The position numbers and the translations under genes are program-made. The notes under the pieces are model-generated. The model saw only the letters and a program-made list of their open reading frames with translations, was not told where the DNA came from and ran no database searches. From Phaeosaccion multiseriatum (lineage: Eukaryota; Protista; Ochrophyta, other classes), in NCBI GenBank assembly GCA_965112735.1, contig OZ218958.1, positions 682,001 to 746,000 on the forward strand: a stretch of DNA of 64,000 bases, given 5' to 3'. Positions 25,178 through 35,728 of this stretch are shown here, one piece after another (within the stretch, counting starts at the first letter, position 1; each line of letters starts with the position of its first letter).

Positions 25178-25477
25178 AGCTCCTCTACGCTTTACACACG
25201 CTTAGGCTTTGGCTTATGGCTGCTCTTTCCTAATCAAACTGCCGAATCGATATCGAGTTTCAATGCATCGTCAACCTTTGCTACGGCTACTCCAATCACA
25301 ACTGTCACAACTGTTCTCTTCTTCCCCCTCCCTTCTTCCCCAGGCGCTGCTTGTGAGTCCCGCGTCACCTCCTCTCTGTCTGTGCCTTGCGTCATTTCGT
25401 AGCGCAAGAGCATAGGCCTAGACGGGAAGGGAAGGAGGGAGAAGAGGGAGGGTGGGGGGGAAGGGGGGGGAGCGAAG

Positions 25478-28400
25478 ATGACCGACAACCGCGGCGGCGG
25501 CGGCGGCAGCAGCAGCAGCGGTGGGCGCAAGGAAGCGGAAGTGCGAAGAGGAGGACCGGGGAACAACCACAGACGAGCTCGGCCGGGAAGTCCGGGCCCC
25601 TTCGCCTACGGGTACGGGTATGACCTGAACTGGACGAGAGGAGGAGGAGGCGAGAACAATGGTAGCGCTGGACCCAGGCCGCTTGTGTACGGCACCTTGT
25701 TCTTTGCAGCCCTAGCTGTGTCACTTCAGCTCTTCGTGGCCATGCTGGGAGATGTGCCGGGTCTGGGAGTGCCCTTTGCGAGCATTGGTAGTGGCGGGGC
25801 CTCCACCTCCAGCAGCAGGAGCCAACAACAACGACCGCCCTCGGTGATACAGTCGGCTACAGGGGCTGGGGGTGGAGTTGGAGAGAGTACCGGGGGGGAA
25901 GGAGGGATGGGTAGCTGTGCTCCAGTGGGGCAGACCAATGAAAGTGTCGGAGCGTGCATTGAGGACTCGGCCTTCGCTGAGGTGAGGTAGCCGCTTTCAT
26001 AATTGTCTCCCTCTCTCTGACTCTCCTGGAGATCCTGGTGAGACTTCTGCTCCCCTCTGCCTCTCACCCCCCACGCCGCCCCTGTGTTTCTCTGCTTCCT
26101 TCTCTCTTTCTCTCTCTCTCTCTGTCCATCTATGTCTATCTACCTCACTCCTTCTATCTCTCTCTCCCATCTCTCCCGTCTCTCTCTGTGTGTGTGTTTG
26201 CCTCTTTCTCTCTCCAGGCCTTCTTCTCTCGCCAAGTGGCAGAGCTGCAGCGGGAATTGTCCAGTCAGAAAGAGAGGCACGAGGCGGCGCGCGCGGTCTC
26301 CGAGCAGGCGTGGTCGCAGCTCGAGAGCATCACCAAAGAGTACCAGGCCACACAGGAGGAGGTACGGCACAGCCATTTCCCCTCTTTCGTGTCACTTTTA
26401 GTTATCTCGACGCCCTCGCGTCTCTGCCCAGGACTCCTCAACCTCGCATTCTCTTTTGTCTTTTCTCCTTCTATCACGTGCGCACACCTTTCTCTTATCG
26501 CGATATGCCGCTCTCTTTTCTCTCCATCTCCGTGACTATTCTCGCTCTGTCTCTCTCTTGACTGTCCCAGGTTTCTGAGCTGGCTCTTCGAGTGAGTGCT
26601 CTGGCAGAGACGCCTCCCATCCCAGCAGAAACAGTGCCCGACACTCATCATCTGGAGGCACACACCCCCACCGAGGGCCCTCCAAAGGTGAGAGGAGCAA
26701 TGGCACGGGGAGGAGGAAGGAAGCGGATGGCCGTGGATTTTTATTATGGATGGCAGTGGATGGTTATTTCGGATAGGATCACCATCACCCCCCCCCCCCC
26801 CACCCCCTCATAACACTTGCGAGCCTTCAGAGAGGAATCAAAGTTGGCACAACAGCACACTTTGCTGTGGTGTGGAGGGGGAAGACATGTCAACTCTTCC
26901 GTCCGTCAGGCCAACATGTACCCCCCCCCCCCCCCCCCCCCCAACACACACCCACACCCACACACACCCATACACACCACCCACACATCACCCACCCCGG
27001 TCCTCGTCCTTCATCGTTGTCGTTGGAAGCATCTCTCCTCTCTGGAGCAGGAGTGGAGCGCCAGCCTGGAGAAGCTCGGAGCTGCCATCTCAGAGCAGGA
27101 GAGTAAGATGAGGGCAGAGCTATCCCGGATCGAAGAGGTGCATGAGAAGGGGCAGGAGGGGGCGAGGGAGAGCCTGGAGAGGCAGGCCAAGGAGCAGCAG
27201 CACATGGGCGAGCGGCTGCAGACTCAGTTGCAGAGCCAACGCGAGGAGAAGGAGTTGCTGAAGCTGCAGCTGCAGACTTTGGAGGGGCAGATGGCAGCTG
27301 AGGGTAGGGAGGGAGAGGATTGCGCGGGAAGGCTACAGCAGCTGCAGAGGGAGGCACAGGAGGCGCAGCAGGAGAAGGCGTCCGCAGGTGGGTGGGCGGA
27401 TGGGTGGGTGGGAGGATGGATGGATGGATGGGTGGGTGGATTGGTGGATGGGTGGGTGGATGGGTGGGTGGGTGGGTGGGTGGGTGGATTGGTGGATGGG
27501 TGGGTGGGTGGATGAGTGGGTGGGCGGCTGGGTGGGTGGGTGGGTGGGTGGATGGGTGAGGGTGTGGTACGGTGGCATGGCTGCTCATTGCATCCGATCC
27601 GATTGACTGCTAGAGGGAGGCGTATGGGTATGCCATGTATTGAGGGGCGTGTGTGCGTGTGTGTGTGTATGTGTGTGTGTGTGTGTGCGTGTGTGCGTGT
27701 GTGCGTGTGTGTGTGTATGAGGGCTTGGTTTCAGGAGTAGAAGTACGTACCAAACAGCCGCTGCGGCACTCCACCATTTGTTGGTCATGGCCCTTGCTGC
27801 TGCCCCCCTTCCCGTTCGAGACAGAATGCTTGACTTGTCGTTTGGCTTCGTGTTGTCTTTTTTTGCTGCGACTTGTTGACTTGGTTGCTTCTTCTTCGTC
27901 ATTCTCTGAGCTTCATGTTCACACGGATGACCCCTCATTCCTCAACGCTCTCTCACGCGCACGCGCCCACCCACGCACGCACGCACGCACCCGCAGCTTC
28001 GGTCCTGTCTCAGGTGGACGGGGCCAAGAGCAGCGTGTCCGACCTCGAGGCTCAGGCCAAGGAGATGGCAGTGAACGTCTTTGAGCTGAAGCAGATGGTG
28101 CGTGCCTCTTATCCCCTGCGTTCGCAAATGAGCACTTTACATTGCCGCAAGCTCACTGTGTAGGGGGCTATTTGGGGGTTACTTCAGCCCCCTAATCTCA
28201 TCTACGTGGACCCTCTTTCTCTCCCTTTCCCTGTCTCACCACTCTAAACCCTGGCTATGCTCTGGTCTGCTCTGCATCACCAACTACTGTGCTCGACTGC
28301 CACAGCTCGGAGACATGTCGGAAGAGCAAAGCGGCACCGAAAGCGTGACGCGGGCCGAGGTGGAGCAGATCATCACAGAGAGCTGTGCTGCAGGTGAGTG

Positions 28401-29533
28401 AGCGCCACTGCTTAGGTCAAGGGCTCCTTGCTTGGGTCAAGGCCTCTCTATCAAGGGTTGGAGGAAGGCTGACGGGCCGACTGGCAGGCGGGCATGCAGG
28501 CATACAGACAGGCGTGTGCGCAGGCAGGCAGACTGACGGACTGACTGACCGACCGACTGACTGACTGACTGGTCGACTGAGGAGGGCACTCCAACTGCTC
28601 TCACGCGAGGGTTTGCCCCGACTCACAGACGATATCTACCCCCCCCCTTACCCTTTGCAATACTGCTGCTGCTACTGTATCACCAACTGCTACTGCTCTT
28701 GCTACTGCGACTTTCAGCCTCGGGAAGCATGGGTGCCTCCACTGCCGGCGAGAGGGAGAAGGTGTACCTCATGCCTAACGACGCGGAAACCGAGCAATTG
28801 GTCCTTGCCAAGCTGCAAGAGGCCAAGGACGGCGTGTTGGTGGAGCTGGAGGACGTTGTAGAGAGCCTACAGGACCGGATAAAGAGCATGCAGAGAGAGG
28901 CGGAGGAGCAGCAGGAGTTGGTGATACAGCAGAAGCATCAACAGCAGCAGCAGCAGGAGGAGGAGGAGAAGGCAGGAGGAGGAGGAGGAGGAGGAGGAGG
29001 AGGAGGAGGGGCAGGGAGAGGGGCAGGAGGAGACGGTGCTGGGGACTGCGTGAGAGAGGCGGAGGTGAAGGCGATGGTGGGCGAGGAGCTGTCGAAGTTC
29101 AGCGCAGACAGAACGGGCAGGTGCGTGGCGCGGCCCCGTGGAGGAGGAGGAGAGGGGGGGGGGGTTACAGAGGTGTGGTGCTCGTGGGAGGAGAAGGGAT
29201 GCTACCCTCCTGACCCCTCGCCGTCGTGACCCCTCGACCCTCACCCGTCACCCTTCAACCCTCACCCTTCACTCCTCACTCTTCACCCCTCACCCTTCAC
29301 CCCTCACTCTTCACCCCTCACCCCTCACTCTTCACCCCTCACCCTTCACTCCTCACCTTTCACCCCTCACCCTTCACTCCTCACCCCTCACCCCTCACTC
29401 CTCACCCCTCACTCTTCACCCCTCACCCTTCACTCCTCACTCTTCACCCCTCACCCTTCAACCCTCACCCTTCACTCCTCACTCTTCACCCCTCACCCCT
29501 TACCCTCCCGACACCTCGACACCTGACACTTGG

Positions 29534-29574
<41 letters not shown>

Positions 29575-31251
29575 GGATCACGCCTCATACGCGCTCGGAG
29601 GACGTGTGGTGAACAGCAACGGCCTCACCTCCCCGACTCTCACCCCGGCCTCGTGGAAGATACAGAGCGACTTGTGGCTCAAGCTCGGTTGGGAAGTGGG
29701 GTAAGTCAAGTGGAAGTGGCCCTAGCCTAGCGATAGATGGAGTAAGACGAGACAGAAAGGGAGGAAATAGGTCAGTCAGTGAGGTTGGGAAGTGGGGTAA
29801 GTGAAGTGGCCCTAGCCTAGCGATAGATGGAGTAAGACGAGACAGAAAGGGAGGAAGAAGGTTGACCCTGGTTCTGTTGGACAAGACGGTAAAAGTGAGG
29901 AAATAGGTCAGTCAGTGAGGTTGGGAAGTGGGGCAAGTGAAGTGGCCCTAGCCTAGCGATAGATGGAGTAAGACGAGACAGAAAGGGAGGAAGAAGGTTG
30001 ACCCTGGTTCTGTTGGACAAGACGGTAAAAGTGAGGAAATAGGTCAGGTGAGGTTGGGCAGTGGGGCAAGTGGAGTGGCCCTAGCCTAGCGATAGATGGA
30101 GTAAGACGAGACAGAAAGGGAGGAAGAAGGTTGAACCCTGGTACTGTAGGACAAGAAGGGAAAAGTGAGGAAATAGGTCAGGTGAGGTTGGGCGGTGGGG
30201 CAAGTGAAGTGGCCCTAGATGGAGTAAGACGAGACAGAAAGGGAGGAAGAAGGTTGAACCCTGGTTCTGTTGGACAAGACGGTAAAAGTGAGGAAATTAG
30301 GTCAGGTGAGGTTGGGCAGTGGGGCAAGTGGAGTGGCCCTAGCCTAGCGATAGGTGGATGTGTTGCAGCGCTGGGAAGAGGGGTAAGACGAAACTGCCAC
30401 TGGACAAGTAGAGTTTCGACCCTCCGTTCCAGGCTATCTCCGGCCGTCATTTCATCCCCCCAAGACTCTGCAAAACTTTCGCCCCGTCTCTGCTCCTCTC
30501 TACTTCACAAGACCAGTTTCCCATTGTTGCTAGTGCCAGCGCTGCTATTGCTGCTGCTAGCGCTATTGCCATCTCTGCTCCTGATGCTGCTGCTTCCGCT
30601 GCCATTGCTCTGCTGGTGCTGGTGGTGGTGCTTGGGTCATGTTTATTGTGCCGAATTCGCACCAACTTACATCATCTTCCCGTCTTGTGTGTGTGCGTGT
30701 GTGCGTGCGTGTGTGTGCGCGCGCGCGTGTGTGTGTGTTCTCGTGTGCGAGTCAGAGTGGGAGGACCGGTAGAGGCTCTGTCCCCCTCCGCGTCCCTGTC
30801 CAGCTGCTGGGCCATGGGTGGCAGCAGAGGGCAGTTCACGGTGCAGATGCCCCACTCCGTCCGCGTTGACGCCATCACCCTGCAGCACGCCTCCAAGGTG
30901 AGGGAGGGAGGGAGGGAAGGAGGGAAGGAGGGAGGGAGGGAGGGAAGTGAGTCGTGGAGGTCGTGCAGTCTCTTTGCCTATTCAGCAGCAGCTGGGTACC
31001 TCACCTCTCTCATGTGTTCCTTTCTTTCTCCCCTGTCGCCTCCTCCTCGCACCCTCCCTCCCCTCCCCCACCCCCCCTCCCTCCCCTCCCCCACCCCCCT
31101 CCTCCATCTTTCCGCGGCACACGGCGTGCGTCTTCTACCTGTGTGTATGTTTGTGTGTGTGTGTGTCCATCTGTCTGTCTGTCTGTCTGTCTGTCTGCCT
31201 GTCTGCCTGCCTGTCCGCCTGTCTGTCTGTCTGTCTTTCTGCGTGTCTGCC

Positions 31252-31290
<39 letters not shown>

Positions 31291-31399
31291 CCGTCTGTCT
31301 GTCTGTCTGTCTGTCTGCCTGTCTGTCTGTCTGTCTGTCTGCCTGTCTGTCTGTCTGTCTGTCCGTCTGTCCGTCTGTCTGCCTGTCTGTCTGTCTGCC

Positions 31400-31439
<40 letters not shown>

Positions 31440-31495
31440 CGCCTGTCTGTCTGCCTGTCTGTCTGTCTGTCTGTCTGTCTGTCTGCCTGTCTCCC

Positions 31496-31532
<37 letters not shown>

Positions 31533-31539
31533 GCCTGCC

Positions 31540-31572
<33 letters not shown>

Positions 31573-31651
31573 GCGTGTCTGTCTGCGTGTCTGCGTGTCT
31601 GCGTGTCTGCCTGTCTGTCTGCGTGTCTGCCTATCTATCTGCCTGTCTGCC

Positions 31652-31720
<69 letters not shown>

Positions 31721-32232
31721 GCTTGTCTGTCTGCCTGTCTGTCTGTCTGTCTGTCTGCCTGCCTGTCTGTCTGTCTGCCTGTCTACCTTTATCTCTGTGT
31801 GTTGTCCCTCCTGTGTGTCTGCCTTTTGTCTCTTCTGTGTATGTGCGTACGCGCCTCGTACCACCCTCCTCCTCAGCTGGTGGCTCCGAGCATGGACACG
31901 GCGCTCAGGGAGTTCGCCGCTTACGGACTGCAGAGCGAGGACGACAGGGACCCGCTGCTGCTCACCACAGGTTAGTCATGTGGGTCAGCGGTTTAGTATG
32001 GGTTAGTCATATGGGTCAGCATTTTAGTATGGGCCAGTCATATGGGTCTGTCTTACCGTAAGGTACGATATGTGGAGGGGTACATAGGTCAGCCTAAGTT
32101 CAGTCGTATGTGTCAGTTCCATCGGTTATTTGTAGGGGTCAGTCATATGTGCGGTCATGTGTACGGGGGGGTCAGCGTTTGAATGGGCTAATCAGACCGC
32201 GGACTGCTCTTTCGCTCTCTCTCTCTTTCTCT

Positions 32233-32300
<68 letters not shown>

Positions 32301-32503
32301 ATCCGCGCTTCTTCCTGTTTTCCTCTCTCAACACGACGACAACAACAGGCACGTTCGACGCCCAAGGCTCCGACGTGCAAACGTTCCCGGTGGCGTACCC
32401 CCGTTCCGTCCGGTTGGTGAACCTCCACATCCAGAGCAACTGGGGACACCCGGACTACACCTGTCTCTACCGCCTGCGTGTGCATGGGACGACAAGCGAA
32501 TAG
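25478..32503 (+). CDS. SUN (Sad1/UNC-84) domain nuclear-envelope protein: TM helix, long coiled coil, C-terminal SUN domain
   Basis: [25 protein letters not shown]; coiled-coil exons; SUN motifs [48 protein letters not shown] and [24 protein letters not shown], ending at TAG 32501-32503. Confidence 0.92.
29230..29505. repeat. Heptamer tandem array (CCCTCAC/CCTTCAC/TCCTCAC) in a SUN intron
   Basis: Continuous 7-bp periodicity over ~270 bp. Confidence 0.85.
29687..30353. repeat. ~96-136-bp tandem repeat (5 full units plus a partial sixth) starting at an exon/intron junction
   Basis: Units begin GGTTGGG at 29687, 29783, 29919, 30052, 30186 and 30310. Confidence 0.92.
31170..31785. repeat. (CTGT)n microsatellite, ~600 bp, in a SUN intron
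   Basis: Direct observation. Confidence 0.95.
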
Positions 32504-32845
32504 CGAGCGAGTGGACTTTTGAACAGACAAGGTCTTCCCGCACTCTCTCTGTCTCTGTGATGTCAGTCCAATTGATTTAACTCTTTTCTCTCCTTTATTC
32601 ATTTAAACTTATATTCCAAAATCTATGTCGTCTTTTGTCTTCTAATTGTGTGTGTTCCGATCAGAGAGAGAGAGCAAGCTCCGCACAGTGCTCCAATCAA
32701 ACCGAAGTTTCAAACTGTGCCCAAGGGTTCCAAGCTTCCAAGCCAAGCTCCTCTTCCTTCCTTCCTTTCTTCCTTCCTTCCTTCCTGTCAGCCCCCCCCC
32801 CCCTTGCATCCCGCCTGGCCTGATCCTGCCCTGCCATCACCCTCA

Positions 32846-33022
32846 CTAAGTCCTTAAGTCCCTCAGTCCCTCAGTCCCTCAGTCCCTAAGTCCCTCAGTC
32901 CCTCAGTCCCTCAGTCCCTCAGTCCCTCAATCACTCAGTCCCTCAGTCCCTCAGTCCCTCAGTCCCTAAGTCCCTAAGTCCCTCAGTCCCTCAGTCCCTC
33001 AGTCCCTCAGTCCCTCAGTCCC
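32846..33022. repeat. 8-bp tandem repeat (CTCAGTCC/CTAAGTCC)n, ~22 copies, overlapping the FKBP stop codon
   Basis: On the minus strand it reads ...CAGCGGGAC-TGA-GGGACTGA-GGGACTGA/GGGACTTA... Confidence 0.92.
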
Positions 33023-34480
33023 GCTGTCTGCTCTGCGGGATGCCTCCCTCGTCAAGCTGAGGGTCCGCGGGGTTGGTGCCGGGCAAGGCCTCTAGCCTCG
33101 TCTTGGCGCCCGAGAACTGATCTGTCCTTGTGACAAACTCCTTCACTTCCTCAATGTCGAGCCCCTCATCCTCATAGTAGCCCTGATCGGCGTCATCGTC
33201 CCAAAAGTCGAGCAACTCGACATCCACCACCAAAGCACCTTGTTTCGTGCCCGCGCTTCTCTGTTCGTCAAACGCATCCAAGGCCTTGTTGAGCTTCTTG
33301 CGGTTCCCCGCAGAGGCCGGGAACGGTCCCAGACCGCTCACCACATAAGTCAGTGAAGGAGGGATGATGAGTCTGCGCTTGCCTCCCATCTTCATTGTGT
33401 GCAAGCCCTCTTCCAGACCCTTGATTTGGCGGCCGTTGCCGTGCTTCAGCAAGAAGGCCTCCTTGTTGTTGTCTGACTTGTCGATCTCCGTGAGGGGCCC
33501 ATTGGGTTCCGTCTGCCCACCGCGAAAGGGAAGGGGGGGGGGGGGGTGGAGGGGGGCGATGTCGTGTTTACGTTTGCGTAGGAGATGTTCCACACGGGGA
33601 GAACATAAAGGTGGAATGAATGACCAGGCGCAAGACTGGGGTGAGGAGGGGGGAAGGCTTTGCAGAGTCTTAAGACTTGCCACAGACAGACGCCTCTGAC
33701 AAATCCCGTCACGCTATCCTCCCTCGAGCATGCCGACTCTGGTCCTCGCTGACACCTCCCTCCCTTCCTTACCCACTCAGAGGCTTGAGAGCTTGGAGTT
33801 GAACTCCCTGGAGCACACCGCACCCCGCACTCGCTCCTCAACACCCCAAGACAAGACAAGACAAGACAAGACCCTAAGCGCTACCTATTCCATACCTGCG
33901 CATACGTCTTGTACTTGATGCTGCACGCCTGTCCCCACTTGGGCGTCTCTCCCTGACCCTCCCGATACTCGAAGTACACTAGGCCCGATTTGGTGCTCTT
34001 CCCCACATCACTCAACGCTTCCTGCGCCGAGCCTTTGCTCCCTGAGAAGGGAAATGCTGCATTGGATGCCGCGGCTCCTCCTGTTGCTACCTCTATTGCT
34101 ATCACTGCTGCTGCTGCTCCTGGACCACCCAGGAGAAGGCGCTGCAGAATCTCTCTCCGACACAGCCCTTCCTCACCCCTCCCCGTGCCTACCTCTCCCC
34201 CTGTGTCACTGCCTCTCCTCATCTCCAATCTCTTCGCTCCCACCCTACAGCAGTGGCCACAACAGCAGCGGGGAGCCGCACGATCCGCAGTGGTCGTCCC
34301 AGCACGCCGTGAGCAACCTTCTGCTTGCCTCCACGGCCCTGCATCATATTTCGACCAAGGAGCAGCAGAACCAGCCGTCGTGGCTACAAATGCTCGCACA
34401 CTGAACTCTCCCAGCAGCAGCAGCCAAACCAGAAGGGGCTGCTGCAAGAGCGCCAGCCTCCTCCTCTTTCCTTGAAGCAT
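33015..34480 (-). CDS. FKBP-type peptidyl-prolyl isomerase, predicted plastid thylakoid lumen (2 exons: 34480-33896, 33512-33015)
   Basis: Signal peptide ending VRA-FV; RREIL twin-Arg-like motif followed by a hydrophobic stretch ending ASNA; FKBP motifs TKSGLVYFEYREGQGETP, GRQIKGLEEGLHTMKMGGKRRLIIPPSLTY and LVVDVELL. Confidence 0.9.
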
Positions 34481-34700
34481 GGTGGTTGCAGTGGCGCCGG
34501 AGGGCCGGGAGGAGAGAAATCGAGGAGAGCAAAATTCAGTTTCAGTTTCAGCTGGGTATCCTTTTTTGCTTTTTTGCTTTTTTGCTCTGAATAATCTCTC
34601 ACGGTTTGGCTCAACTTACTTGTACGATACAGAGAAAGAGGGGCATAGAGCGCAGGCAAGGCTCTCCTGGTGTAAGTACTTGGTCTAGGTTACTCCGGAG

Positions 34701-35692
34701 ATGTCGTCCGTGTCGGCGACGGAGGAGGCGGAGGCCAACGGCACTCCCAAAGCCGTTCCCTTAATCCAGATCGAGGATGATGAGACATTCCAAGTCAACC
34801 CCGAGGCTGTGGCCTTGCTCAAGGCAATAGAGGGACCAGTGGCTGTGATTGCAATCTGCGTAAGTGTCCTGCCGTCCGACGTCCTTGCTGCGTCTACTTT
34901 GGTTGTGTATTGAAACACATAAGTCCCCTGCGTTGGCCGCGTGTGCAATGGCGGGGGGAGCGGGCCACTTGTGCTACATATACTTTAACACCTCTCTGTC
35001 CCACTTGTCCTCCCTGCTATCGAACAGGGCCTCTACCGCACCGGCAAGAGCTCTTTGCTGAATTGGCTCCTGGACAGACCCTCCGGCTTCGCTGTTGGAC
35101 CAACAGTAGAGCGATGCACGAGAGGTAAGCAAAAGCGAGCTGACGTTGCTTGGGGGCCCACAGTCTGCACTCGATGGGATACGCTCGCTAATGACATGGA
35201 GAGATAAAGCGCATTTCGTCTTTATTCCTCCTTCGGTTGCTTCAAAGCCCTAGCGTGCGCTTCTCTAATGGCAGTTTGTAGGGCCCGCGGCTTGCTCTTG
35301 TGGTGTTCAAAACTTGTGTCGTGGTCCCGATTTGAACTGTGATTGCTCTACGTGTGCGCTCCTTCCCCTGTGTGTGTCTCTCTCTCTCTCTGTGCCCAGG
35401 CCTGTGGATATGGGATCAGCCCGAGAAAGTAACACTGAGCACGGGGGAGGAGGTGAGAGAATGGAGGAGAGAGCACAAGGGAGGGAGGGATTTATGGAGA
35501 GGGGGAGAGCGGGGAGCAGTGTGAGGTAGTGGAGCTGGAGAGAAGATGGAGAGAGAGAAAGTGAATGAGAGACAGCGAGACAGAGGGCGGAGAGAGCGGA
35601 GAGGGGGGGGGCAGGGAAAGAGCGACAAAAGCAAGTGGGGAGGTATTGGAGCTCTAGCGAAAGGAGAAGGTAGAATAGAGGGAGAGCGTGGT

Positions 35693-35728
<36 letters not shown>

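Noticed and set aside
29230-29505. Interstitial telomere
   Set aside because: The units (CCCTCAC variants) do not match CCCTAA/CCCTAAA; they are treated as a minisatellite.
29687-30353. Possible CRISPR-like array
   Set aside because: Whole units repeat with no unique spacers, the context is a eukaryotic intron, and there are no cas genes.
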